DNA of 64,000 nucleotides from a virus (taxonomy: Duplodnaviria; Caudoviricetes): IMG/VR virus record IMGVR_UViG_3300025000_000057; one strand, given 5' to 3'. The notes under the pieces are model-generated. The model had not been told where the DNA came from. It made no database searches and saw nothing but the letters and a program-made list of their open reading frames with translations. Positions 52,745 through 62,641 of the stretch are shown piece after piece (position 1 is the first letter of the stretch; each line of letters opens with the position of its first letter). Position numbers and translations under genes: made by a program.

Positions 52745-53010
52745 ACTTTGACATCCTTTCTATACCTGTAAGTAGGCCATCCTTTCGGATAACACCGTCT
52801 AACAATTCGTTGACCAAGTAATCGTTGAATTACATGGACGGCATTTACAAAATCTCTAGCTTCATCAGGATGTTGACGATCCATCTCCCAGAAAGCTGCC
52901 ATACATTGATTAAGACCATCCATACAGTTCTGTTCCAGCTCGGTAAGACCAAGCTCATTAACGGATTCCGGTATTGGTAGATCGGCTTTTCTCTTTTCCA
53001 ACCCCTCCAT
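52732..53010 (-). CDS. hypothetical protein
   Basis: ATG 53010 after GGAGG SD. Confidence 0.6.
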   Translation of the reverse strand: MEGLEKRKADLPIPESVNELGLTELEQNCMDGLNQCMAAFWEMDRQHPDEARDFVNAVHVIQRLLGQRIVRRCYPKGWPTYRYRKDVKVCPN

Positions 53011-53020
53011 TGTAAACCTC

Positions 53021-54133
53021 CTAATGATCTGTGTTATAAACCGCCTGAGTATAAATAGCCGTTCTAGCTGCATTAGCTTCTTCGAAGTAAGCCATCTCTG
53101 GATACATCTCAAAGAACAATCTGCCCTTATAACTATTATACTTGTTCTTATCGACCTTAACTTCGTATACAGGTTGTTTCTCTACTACACCCTTTCTCTC
53201 CCAATAACAAGCTGCGGCTTCTCCCTTAAGACCTACTTCGTTGTAACAAACAAGGATACTTTTAGCTTCATACTTAATCTTAACAGTCTCCCGAATATCC
53301 TCTTTGGTAGGTCTCTTATAGTTATTTAGTTTACGAAGCTCCGCTGTACATATTATAGGAATGCCAAGAGTGTTTGCCAAATCCGATACCGTTTGAGCAA
53401 TGTAATCATATTTGTTTTTATCATTGCCTACGACCATAGTATTGGCAGTTGTTAAATCATGAAAGTTATCTATAATAACTACTAACTTAAGAGGAGTGCT
53501 CTGGCTCTTTAATTTGATACACATCCTCTTAATTTCGTCAGTAATATCTTCTATATCTGTACCAAAAGCAGTAGAATCAACGGCTCTATATCTCCAAGCG
53601 GCTTGTTTCAACATTTCAATACCATGAAATACTCTGGTATATAAAATAGGATGAGAGTCTTTATAGGCGTTAGGATTACTTACAGCATTAATCAGTACTT
53701 TATTAGCCGCCGCCAGTATTCTGGCAAGCTTGTCCTTTAGAGGATCGTCTAGTGAAAAAGAAAGAACATATGCGTCAGGGTTGTTATTGTATATGTTCCA
53801 TTCTAACATAGATAGCCAGGACGACTTCCCGATATTACTATCACCTGCGACTACATGAAAGCCCGCTTGTAGTTTATTTAGTGCTTTATTTAGTCCACTC
53901 CATCCGGTATCAAACCCGTGATTATCTGATTGTATCTCTTTGGTAAACTGATCTATGGAATTCAACTGTTCTGCTACATAATCGGGCATATTAACGGTCT
54001 GATTAGATTCGCCTAATATAGGTCTCTCTCTATAATCTGCTGCACATGTTGAGTTTTCCTCTATTATATCTGGTATTTCATCAGGGATGTTACATATCTC
54101 TTCCTGATAACAGTATTCCGGTTCCCTATCCAT
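53021..54133 (-). CDS. DnaB-like replicative helicase (RecA-like domain, no canonical N-terminal domain)
   Basis: GFDTGWSGLN, VAGDSNIGKSS, FSLDD, IIDNFH, TAELRK, RPTKEDIRET. Confidence 0.85.
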   Translation of the reverse strand: MDREPEYCYQEEICNIPDEIPDIIEENSTCAADYRERPILGESNQTVNMPDYVAEQLNSIDQFTKEIQSDNHGFDTGWSGLNKALNKLQAGFHVVAGDSNIGKSSWLSMLEWNIYNNNPDAYVLSFSLDDPLKDKLARILAAANKVLINAVSNPNAYKDSHPILYTRVFHGIEMLKQAAWRYRAVDSTAFGTDIEDITDEIKRMCIKLKSQSTPLKLVVIIDNFHDLTTANTMVVGNDKNKYDYIAQTVSDLANTLGIPIICTAELRKLNNYKRPTKEDIRETVKIKYEAKSILVCYNEVGLKGEAAACYWERKGVVEKQPVYEVKVDKNKYNSYKGRLFFEMYPEMAYFEEANAARTAIYTQAVYNTDH

Positions 54134-55196
54134 GCTTATTTACCTGTCCTTTCTTTCGACGTGATGCAAACTTACATTTTGTAGGTTCGCATTCTGATAG
54201 AGCGATCATAGACCCACAACCCCAAGTTTTATTTGTCGTATACGCCGACCGAACCGTGCTTAGAAGCTCAGAGGCTGGTAGACTTGGCACACAGCATTTG
54301 TTATTCCAATCGTTCATTAAATCACAAGTCTCGTCATAAGGTTTACCAAACTGTTTAAAGAAGTTAGCCAGGGCAGCAGCGCTATTATTCCGCCGACCTT
54401 CTGCTATCTGGAAGTTTAGTATATTATCTACACAAGGAGGAACGAATTTCAGTCGACGGCCCGGTGCGTCATCTATTCGGTTAGGTTTAAAATCCTTAAT
54501 CAACTGACTAACCTTCTTGATAGCTTTAGCTACCGGAGCTGGATTCTTTATTTCTATCTTTCTCATCGTACTGGCTAATTCTTTTACCTCTATAAGACTT
54601 TTTGATACGACTTCTTGGTAAGTTAATGGTACTTTGTAAAACCCGCTGTCCTCGTGTCTGCTGTTTATTAATCGCCATAATCTCACCCTATCGTATATTC
54701 TAGTATCAAGCGTATCGTTAGGACAATATGTCTTAACTTCCATGACCATCTGTTTAAAGATTTCATTTAGATACTCATGAGGCTTATACCCTATACATTC
54801 GGCATGAATTAATAAACTTATACCCTTCTTACCGGAGAAATAAAAGCGTATCTGTTCCGTCATGATTCCATAGAATACATCATAAACGGATACGGCATGC
54901 CGTACATCCTCTACTACTTTTCTCCAACCTGCTTCAGCTATGTATGGATCGGGATTGATAAGATCTTTATTGTCAAAATCGTTGTAGAAGAAGTCTGCCC
55001 ATAACTCACCTTTCTGGTCTCCTTGCTTATACCTATAGGCGGTGGTATAGATTCCGACATTTCCGTGCATTTGCCTAAATTCTTCAATCTTGTCTATCGT
55101 GAGTATTATATTACGATGAAACCGGTTTCGTGGTAGTGCTACTCCCCCTTCTATCCAGAGGAATTCTTGGCTTATAGACAACACTAAGGCCTCCAT
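54126..55196 (-). CDS. archaeo-eukaryotic primase (Prim-Pol) with PriCT-1-like domain
   Basis: FYNDFD, FYFSGKKGISL, IYDRVRLWRLINSRH, PPCV...GRRNNSAAALA. Confidence 0.75.
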   Translation of the reverse strand: MEALVLSISQEFLWIEGGVALPRNRFHRNIILTIDKIEEFRQMHGNVGIYTTAYRYKQGDQKGELWADFFYNDFDNKDLINPDPYIAEAGWRKVVEDVRHAVSVYDVFYGIMTEQIRFYFSGKKGISLLIHAECIGYKPHEYLNEIFKQMVMEVKTYCPNDTLDTRIYDRVRLWRLINSRHEDSGFYKVPLTYQEVVSKSLIEVKELASTMRKIEIKNPAPVAKAIKKVSQLIKDFKPNRIDDAPGRRLKFVPPCVDNILNFQIAEGRRNNSAAALANFFKQFGKPYDETCDLMNDWNNKCCVPSLPASELLSTVRSAYTTNKTWGCGSMIALSECEPTKCKFASRRKKGQVNKHG

Positions 55197-55836
55197 TCTC
55201 TGTCAATTCAGTAAGTCTTGTCTGCATTAATTCCATGGCTTCTCTGGAATAGTCCTGAATAACCAATGGAGTATTGGGCTCTAGAATTTCACCAGCTATC
55301 ATCTTGTTAACTATAGTGTCGATCATATATAATACATGATCTATACCATAACCTTTAACAAGTATATTAAATACAGACATATATCTTGATATTTGATTAT
55401 TCCGTATCGGCTTTACAACCCAATTGTAGTAAGAAATAAGCTCTTCTATAGTATAACTAGCTCTTGGTTCCATGTAATAATCCTGTTGTTCGTACTTAAT
55501 CTCACCAGTGTTAATATCTACATCGATTACGGGAGCTGCCGCAAATACGCGAAGCTGAGAGTGAGTATAAACCGTACCAGGATAGAGTATGTTTTGTTTG
55601 TTGCGTTTAAGTTTATAAAAGAAGGCCAGGAGGTTTCCCTGCTCGGGTTCAACTCCTGGCGTTTTGGCGGCCGCTTGTGATATATGAGATATCATTTCAT
55701 CAGCAGTCCATCCATCTTTCAATAAGCTCCAGAATATATTGTATATATTGACTTTATCTTTATCCGTTATAGGCTTATTTAAGGGATAAAGATCTGTAAA
55801 GTATTTATACACAAGGTCGTATATTGAAAGTTTCAT
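55111..55836 (-). CDS. hypothetical protein
   Basis: 241-aa ORF. Confidence 0.65.
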   Translation of the reverse strand: MKLSIYDLVYKYFTDLYPLNKPITDKDKVNIYNIFWSLLKDGWTADEMISHISQAAAKTPGVEPEQGNLLAFFYKLKRNKQNILYPGTVYTHSQLRVFAAAPVIDVDINTGEIKYEQQDYYMEPRASYTIEELISYYNWVVKPIRNNQISRYMSVFNILVKGYGIDHVLYMIDTIVNKMIAGEILEPNTPLVIQDYSREAMELMQTRLTELTENGGLSVVYKPRIPLDRRGSSTTTKPVSS

Positions 55837-56151
55837 CTAATTATCTTCATCTACAATACCGAATAACAACATAGCGTCTTTAAGAGCAGATAGCTTAGCT
55901 TGATATACATTCGCTCCGGTACCAATACCATCCCTAAAGCCCATACCATCAATGAATAACCTTACTTGTAGTACGTATTCCCGTTCATCTAAGGTTGTCC
56001 CAGTATCGATAATGGAAAGACACCATTTATGATTGAACAAAGAGTTTAGCTCGTCCACTTCAGGAACGTTAGATAATAGTGTCTTTTTGATACTTTCACG
56101 GATTTGTCCATCTCTCATAAGACTTAATCCTGTTGCAATTGTACTTTCCAT
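55837..56151 (-). CDS. Rad52/Rad22-family-like small protein
   Basis: LNSLFNHKW...VRLFIDG..FRDGIG...AKLSALKDAMLLFGI. Confidence 0.55.
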   Translation of the reverse strand: MESTIATGLSLMRDGQIRESIKKTLLSNVPEVDELNSLFNHKWCLSIIDTGTTLDEREYVLQVRLFIDGMGFRDGIGTGANVYQAKLSALKDAMLLFGIVDEDN

Positions 56152-56180
56152 AATTACACTCCTTTGCGCTCTTTAATGCA

Positions 56181-56209
56181 ATTATACCACCTTGAATTTC
56201 ATTTTGCAA
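56181..56209 (-). promoter_or_regulatory. SigA promoter of the primase/helicase operon
   Basis: TTGCAA-17-TATAAT with TG. Confidence 0.75.
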
Positions 56210-56236
56210 CACGTATTTGCCAAAAGGGATTACATA

Positions 56237-56929
56237 TTACATAATCCTTATGATAGAAAATGTGGATAATTTCCGTAGATTGTTGTGCATGACAAATTCC
56301 GTAGTACGTAACGTATCCCATAAATAATCAATAAGTTTATCACCAAACTGTATCCATTCATTAATGAGTTCGTTTCTTTTGTCAGAGTTTGTTTTAACAT
56401 TAGCTATGTGCTCTGATACTTCAGCATAATCAAAGGCTAATTCTGACAATGTTGAAAGCGTCTTTTCCATATCGATAGTACTGTTAGGATTTATTTTTTT
56501 ACAAATCATGATTACTTCTGCGATAGCCTCTTGTAATTCGGCTAAATGATGATTCATAATATCGGTTCTTTCCGTACCACCCATATATCCATAACTCTGT
56601 GCTGCTCTTAAGAAAGATGTAAGACTTAACTTTATTTCATTATTAGTACGAGTTCTAGTAATGCGTTTAATAAGTTCCTGGCGTAATATGTTACCTACAC
56701 CGAGTCCACACCACATTACTATCCATCCGATTCCTAGAGCGATAAGTGTCGATATCGATACGGCATCTGATTTACCGGCAATTATAGTTGATAGATTAAT
56801 TAAGATAAAAACAAGAGTAGATACCCAGAATTCATTGGTAATCGTATTATCATTATCGTCCATAAATAGACCAATTAAAAGCCCCATTACAAACTGCACC
56901 GGTACTACCATTAGAATTGGTGTAAACAT
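56237..56929 (-). CDS. membrane protein with C-terminal helical domain
   Basis: three hydrophobic N-terminal segments; GGAGG SD. Confidence 0.6.
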   Translation of the reverse strand: MFTPILMVVPVQFVMGLLIGLFMDDNDNTITNEFWVSTLVFILINLSTIIAGKSDAVSISTLIALGIGWIVMWCGLGVGNILRQELIKRITRTRTNNEIKLSLTSFLRAAQSYGYMGGTERTDIMNHHLAELQEAIAEVIMICKKINPNSTIDMEKTLSTLSELAFDYAEVSEHIANVKTNSDKRNELINEWIQFGDKLIDYLWDTLRTTEFVMHNNLRKLSTFSIIRIM

Positions 56930-56940
56930 CGTAACGCCTC

Positions 56941-57501
56941 CTAAATTGTTGGTTCGTTAGAACCGTATTGCGTATCGCCAGAAGGTGAATTGTAATTACG
57001 ATCTTGTACAATAGGGCCACCAAGATCATTCAGCTCCCTTTCCAACCGTCTAAGTTCTTTGATTTTATCCATATTGTTTTTTAGATTTTGTATACGTTGA
57101 TCTAATACCACAGGATCTATATAGTCAGGAGATTGTTCAACTTCTCCTGATTCAATCTTGGAAAGTCTATTATCCAAGATTCCTGGTATAGCTATGCCCC
57201 ATTTTGTACTTATTCTCTTAAGAAGATCGATAGCCTCTCTTGCTGCCAAACCTATTACTACAAGATATTGTGTACTTTTCCACCCCATAGCTGCGGTAAT
57301 ACCTGCAGCATCCATACGATTTGCTATCATAATAAAAACTAGGTAAGCAAATGCAGCTTTGAGTGATTCTTCTAATATAGGTTTTACAGTTTTCGTATCG
57401 ATAATTTTAGATATTGTGTTAATAATTATTATACCGGCAAAAGACAACATAGTAACATCGATAGGGCCAATACAAAAATTAACGATTGTGCCTGGGTTCA
57501 T
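56941..57501 (-). CDS. phage holin (family 4-like)
   Basis: TM pattern then AREAIDLLKRISTKWGIAIPGIL..RL. Confidence 0.65.
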   Translation of the reverse strand: MNPGTIVNFCIGPIDVTMLSFAGIIIINTISKIIDTKTVKPILEESLKAAFAYLVFIMIANRMDAAGITAAMGWKSTQYLVVIGLAAREAIDLLKRISTKWGIAIPGILDNRLSKIESGEVEQSPDYIDPVVLDQRIQNLKNNMDKIKELRRLERELNDLGGPIVQDRNYNSPSGDTQYGSNEPTI

Positions 57502-57521
57502 TAAAAACCCTCCCTAACGTC

Positions 57522-58721
57522 TTAAGGCACTCCAGTAATACTATAGTCAAGCTCCACCGCTTCTAATGCAGGGATTGCTTTATTATTCGGATCTGCATTA
57601 AGACTAGCCTTAATGATTATATTGTTACTATTAACGTAGATAGGTAGTGTATTACGTGTAAAGATCAGATTACCCTGATCATCAACCTCGTATATAGCAT
57701 AATTAAATACACTACGTTTCTCAGTCGTAGTATCTGTTAAGGCTCCGGCGTTGGCAAATAGCGGTGTGATGGTATTAATCGCCCTACGGCCACTTCCTTT
57801 AAGCTCTATGGGGATTAAAAGATCACCATTTTCAGTTTTGTAATTCGCGCTATATACTCCAATACGCTTGGCGCCTAAGTAAAACTGTTTGTTCTCACCT
57901 TCGATAATGAAGTTACGCTGCTTGAAAGTAATACGAAGTTGTTTGATAGCTATCGATGCAAAGTATAAAACCATATCCTTAGCATTACTCATAGGCACAA
58001 ATCCGGGTATAACATTCCAGCTGCCATCAACGTTATATTCTATGTTTGCGATATCTACCATGCCGCATGGGTACGGAGCTATATTTATCATATTAACATT
58101 CCTATTTGTAATTATCTCTTCAGGTAAATCTATAATAACCTGAGCAGATACGGAAGGAATATATTCACTAGCTCTTTTAGTAACCTTGCGTCTCCAAAAT
58201 GCGAAACCACCTTTTATAGAATCGAATATATTTGTGTCTTTGATTATCGCATTGTCTGCCGGTGGATCTACTACAGCATTTAAAACATTTGGTAGTATAA
58301 TCTCTCCGGTAAAAGTATCGGTTAGGTATAATTTAGATACGGGTGATCCGGTTGAAGAGATTGTCACCAAGTTGTGATGTCTATCTGTCGAAGCTGGTGT
58401 TTTAGAAGTTTCGTCCGGTAACATATCCTTTGCCATGACGAACTGTTTTATAGCATTATTAAGACTCGCTTTCTCTATCTCCATTTCCCTAATTAGACGG
58501 TCTTGTTCAGCCAGTTTCATCTGAATAAACACGTCAGTAACTCTGTTTGTTTCAATAGCAAAGTTAAGATCTTCTTCTAACTTATTTGCTATATTATACA
58601 AGTTTGAAATATCAAAGAAAGTACGTCTTGTGAATTTGTTATAATCCTCGCTTTTAGCCTCGCCTCTAAAAGGCTTCTCTTCTCTTGGTGTAGCGGGTAC
58701 TCCAGAATTCATATCATTCAC
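57522..58721 (-). CDS. putative virion structural protein (paralog family)
   Basis: GEAKSEDYN-x8-DISNLY motif, coiled coil, beta-rich C-terminus. Confidence 0.6.
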   Translation of the reverse strand: MNDMNSGVPATPREEKPFRGEAKSEDYNKFTRRTFFDISNLYNIANKLEEDLNFAIETNRVTDVFIQMKLAEQDRLIREMEIEKASLNNAIKQFVMAKDMLPDETSKTPASTDRHHNLVTISSTGSPVSKLYLTDTFTGEIILPNVLNAVVDPPADNAIIKDTNIFDSIKGGFAFWRRKVTKRASEYIPSVSAQVIIDLPEEIITNRNVNMINIAPYPCGMVDIANIEYNVDGSWNVIPGFVPMSNAKDMVLYFASIAIKQLRITFKQRNFIIEGENKQFYLGAKRIGVYSANYKTENGDLLIPIELKGSGRRAINTITPLFANAGALTDTTTEKRSVFNYAIYEVDDQGNLIFTRNTLPIYVNSNNIIIKASLNADPNNKAIPALEAVELDYSITGVP

Positions 58722-58936
58722 CTCAGTATATTACATCTTTTAGAATCTTCATCAATTTCATTCATAACTTCCTGCACCGGTAATAAGAGTTTCTTTATCT
58801 CATCACTAAAAGAGTCAAACCTCTTTTTCAATAAGTCGATACTAATAGCGACACTTGTAATATCGCTATTAAACTTCTTACTTTCTATTGGCCCGGCCTT
58901 ACGCATACTGGTTCGTACCATACTTGGATAGTTCAT
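58718..58936 (-). CDS. short member of the same paralog family
   Basis: GPIESKKFN-x8-SIDLL. Confidence 0.55.
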   Translation of the reverse strand: MNYPSMVRTSMRKAGPIESKKFNSDITSVAISIDLLKKRFDSFSDEIKKLLLPVQEVMNEIDEDSKRCNILR

Positions 58937-58944
58937 TTCTTCAC

Positions 58945-60888
58945 CTACTTCGTTAAGAGCTTATACCCTAACAGATGACACGTTACCTCTTCGGCTAAAT
59001 GGGTACGTTCCAGTATCGACATCATTCTAAACCCAAGTAGTTCATCATCTGTATCCAGGTACTTATAACTGTAGGAGAATCTACACCCCTGCTTATATAA
59101 GTCCCTATCTATTGGGTTAAAGTTAACCAAGACGAAGTATTTATCATCCTTTTTTAGAAGGGCGAACTTATTATTATCGTCAAGGTTTGTATTACAGGTT
59201 AAATCGTGAACGGATATCATCTGCATGGGCCAATAGTTAGCAAAGATAGTATCGGAAAGAACTTCAAGACCTAGTTTATGTCTGAATTCATTTCCTGTCT
59301 CATAAGCGGTTATAAAGAATTCTATTTTATTCCATTCTTTGTTGAACTTTAACGGATATTTTCCGGATACAGGTTGAATTCTGGTAGAGTTAACATATAG
59401 TGAGAATTTACCACCGGTCATATTAGGCATTACACTAGTTGGTGTCAAGTCAGAGGTACAGTAGATATAGGTAGTTAAACGATATAGATTGCCTGCGGAT
59501 AATGCAAGAGCAACTCTGTCGGTATCTATTACACGTTTATCTACCTTGATAGCGTATTTCCAATCCGCAACAGTTGGAATATAATCTGCGTTTATATTAT
59601 TAGGTAATGGTATACTTTCCACCGACCACATACGTTCTCCAGCTCGCACATCTATAATATTTGCAAATGGTATATGGTTGATAATACCAATGGTATAATA
59701 TTTAATACCAAAGTTCTCTAAGATGCTTATGCCGTAATAATCATCTCCGGGGGCAAACAGGCCAAAATCTTCATCTACGTTATCAAATACGTAAGAGGTA
59801 TCTTTCTTTATTTCAAACCAGTCAAACGGAGCGTTTTTATACTCTAATGATAAATAATACCGGATATTGGTTTGAGGTGGTACAATTTCATCAACTTTAA
59901 GTAGAATTTCATTTATTCTATCAAGTGGAAATTTCTTGGTTACCATATAAGCCTTGTCCTGAAATTGTACAGCCTTGATACATAAATGTTTGATAGCAAA
60001 AGTGTATCCCTTTTCTATATCGGGCGTATCTTTAGTTAGGATAATCGTTAGTTTGTCTATACTTTTGGAGTTCATTTCCCAAGCTAGAAAATCACCGAAG
60101 GAGATTGTATTTGTACTCTGATCTACAGTATTAATTTCCACCTTAACGTTGCCAATATTCTCGTATTCTAGTTCTATACAATTAGTCATGACCGGCTCTT
60201 TAAGTTCTACATTAATGGTAAGTACGGCATTTTCCTCACCATCTATATTTAAAACACACTGCCATGTATCGTTAATACTATCGGAAAGAATGTTCTTTAT
60301 GTCTCCGTATTGTTCAAGCACTCCATTCCCACTTACTCTGATATAAGCATCTATCATATCGAACTTAGCAGGCAATCCTGCTAATCGCGGTAAACGAATG
60401 CTACTACGTTTTAAATCGACCATGGCATTAGTCGAAGGTAATCCTTGAGCATCATTACCAATGGTTTCAACATTGTCAAAGCTTATGAAGCTATCTGTAA
60501 ACCCTCTGATATTTGGATTGTCTAATTGCTCTTCTAATATAGCGCACTTAAGATTTAGCTCTTTAATCAATTGATTAAGTCTGTCTCTTTCATGGCTATA
60601 ATATATTGAAAGGGCCATTAACTGTTGGCCCTGAGCTTTTGTTTCATTAAAAAGAGTTGATAAATCCCATAGAATTTCCCGAAGTTGTTTATTCCACTGT
60701 GTGGCGTCAGATACTTCATCCGGAATTAACTTAATAGGATCGAAGAATGGTAGACCTAATACTTTCTTTCCTTTAATCCTAGTAGCCAGAGTTTGAACTC
60801 TGGTTGTAAGAGGCTGAATACCATTCTTTAAAATGGTCATGTAAGCTTCCTTAGTGATCATTTGCTGTTGCTGATTATACACGCTCAT
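58945..60888 (-). CDS. putative virion structural protein (paralog family)
   Basis: SDATQWN-x8-DLSTLF, coiled coil, discoidin-like region. Confidence 0.6.
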   Translation of the reverse strand: MSVYNQQQQMITKEAYMTILKNGIQPLTTRVQTLATRIKGKKVLGLPFFDPIKLIPDEVSDATQWNKQLREILWDLSTLFNETKAQGQQLMALSIYYSHERDRLNQLIKELNLKCAILEEQLDNPNIRGFTDSFISFDNVETIGNDAQGLPSTNAMVDLKRSSIRLPRLAGLPAKFDMIDAYIRVSGNGVLEQYGDIKNILSDSINDTWQCVLNIDGEENAVLTINVELKEPVMTNCIELEYENIGNVKVEINTVDQSTNTISFGDFLAWEMNSKSIDKLTIILTKDTPDIEKGYTFAIKHLCIKAVQFQDKAYMVTKKFPLDRINEILLKVDEIVPPQTNIRYYLSLEYKNAPFDWFEIKKDTSYVFDNVDEDFGLFAPGDDYYGISILENFGIKYYTIGIINHIPFANIIDVRAGERMWSVESIPLPNNINADYIPTVADWKYAIKVDKRVIDTDRVALALSAGNLYRLTTYIYCTSDLTPTSVMPNMTGGKFSLYVNSTRIQPVSGKYPLKFNKEWNKIEFFITAYETGNEFRHKLGLEVLSDTIFANYWPMQMISVHDLTCNTNLDDNNKFALLKKDDKYFVLVNFNPIDRDLYKQGCRFSYSYKYLDTDDELLGFRMMSILERTHLAEEVTCHLLGYKLLTK

Positions 60889-60890
60889 GG

Positions 60891-62630
60891 TTATACGCTC
60901 CTTGAGGTAACTTTTAAGTTATACTCAGTTACTAGTGGTGTATAGAAGTCTGCATCATCTAGTTCTGCAACTTCTGGTCTTTGTAGTTCTACCTTTACCC
61001 TTACTTTATAGATAGGTTCGGAACTATCTATATAACCTACGTTATCAAGTCTTGCTTCAAGTGGGGTATTTGTGTTGATTAAGTAGAGTTTTTTTAAGTT
61101 CGTACCAATAGTACTAGTAGGATATATTCGGTGCCAATTAGCAGCATCGTCAATAGAGATATAAAACCTAACCCAGTCACTGGTACCAAACTGTGGTGGT
61201 ATTTGTATATTAGCCTCGATAGCTATTTCATTAATAGGATTCTTAGCTGGCCATATATCGCTAATAAATGTTGAAGTAGACTTGAACCTATAGTTAGCTA
61301 GGAGTATTTCCCTTAAACCTAATTGATACCTGGTAGCTTTAATAGCTTCGAGGTATATCTCAAGACCGTCCGACGATACACTAAATAGATTGTTCTTAAT
61401 CTCTTGTTCTTCGAAGATGGTCTCCTTTGTATATACGAGCCAGTCAACACCCCTAGTTCGCGGATTATATTTAACACCAAGATTTCCTACACTAGGCATT
61501 GGCCCTAGAACCCTTAATCTCGATTCTTCTACACTACCGAATTGATTACCCTTTCTTTCACCTGGCTCTATAAAAGCCCAATGACCGGCCAATATAGAAT
61601 ATCCATGAGATTGTCTTAATCTTAAGAGTACTCTTTTAACCTTTTGCCGAGGTATTAGAAAAACTGTATCGTTATTTAGCATCTCATCTTTGGTAATTAC
61701 AGACTTAAGCCCCTTACCATCGTCTAGTATTAAGTACTCTACAACAGGAGCTATAGCTCCCTTATCTGCCGGAATAAACGGTACGATACTTACCCAGTTA
61801 ACTAGTTGTGCTATGCGAGGCTCTAATATTATTTCTATAATTAGATCTCCGCTATCGACCCATGATATTCCTTCTATATAATCAAGCCCAAGACCAAGTA
61901 TATCTTGGCGTACACTATCACTGATATTAAACTTTTCAATCTCAAACCATGTATCCGTGTTACCATCCATTGCATCAGCTAAATTAATATGAAGACCGTC
62001 TTCACCATAGAACTTGTACTTATTATCAATGGCTCGTACTTGATGTGTATTACCAGGCAAACCATTACAATCCACGACACTAATATCGAGATCCTCTAAT
62101 ATAGAACTGTCTTCGGTAGCTAATGTTAAAACGCCAGCCCGTATATTAATTTCTGCCGGCGTATCTTTAACTATTGAGATATCGTAGTTATCAGTACTAG
62201 CAAACGTTTCTTTGAATATTTCGACCATGTTGGAATACTCTTTAGCCCTTGTGGATAGGGTAGCTACCCTATTATTGAGAGTCTTAATCTTTCCTTGGAT
62301 ATTACTCCGTTGTATCTCTATATTCTTGAACTCTACAATGATAGCTTTTGCAAGATTACCTAACTCGCTATACAGTGAACTAAGGTCTTCAATTGCCTCT
62401 TCTATCATCATATTGTAATCGGAAGAGATAGGAGCGCCCTTAGCTTCTCTTATTGTAAAAGAGGGTTTATCCATAGTTAGATAGATATTCTGCAACGCTT
62501 CGTGTAACTTGTAATATAATTCTATAGGACTTTGAATACTTCCATTACGAACCTCTTGCTGGAGAGGTATTAGGTGAAGTTTCATGCGTTCTTCTAGTAT
62601 CTTAGTCTTAGTAGACAATAGTATAGACAT
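60891..62630 (-). CDS. putative virion structural protein (paralog family)
   Basis: GAPISSDYN-x8-DLSSLY, coiled coil, AMDGNTDTW. Confidence 0.6.
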   Translation of the reverse strand: MSILLSTKTKILEERMKLHLIPLQQEVRNGSIQSPIELYYKLHEALQNIYLTMDKPSFTIREAKGAPISSDYNMMIEEAIEDLSSLYSELGNLAKAIIVEFKNIEIQRSNIQGKIKTLNNRVATLSTRAKEYSNMVEIFKETFASTDNYDISIVKDTPAEINIRAGVLTLATEDSSILEDLDISVVDCNGLPGNTHQVRAIDNKYKFYGEDGLHINLADAMDGNTDTWFEIEKFNISDSVRQDILGLGLDYIEGISWVDSGDLIIEIILEPRIAQLVNWVSIVPFIPADKGAIAPVVEYLILDDGKGLKSVITKDEMLNNDTVFLIPRQKVKRVLLRLRQSHGYSILAGHWAFIEPGERKGNQFGSVEESRLRVLGPMPSVGNLGVKYNPRTRGVDWLVYTKETIFEEQEIKNNLFSVSSDGLEIYLEAIKATRYQLGLREILLANYRFKSTSTFISDIWPAKNPINEIAIEANIQIPPQFGTSDWVRFYISIDDAANWHRIYPTSTIGTNLKKLYLINTNTPLEARLDNVGYIDSSEPIYKVRVKVELQRPEVAELDDADFYTPLVTEYNLKVTSRSV

Positions 62631-62641
62631 TAAAACTCCTC

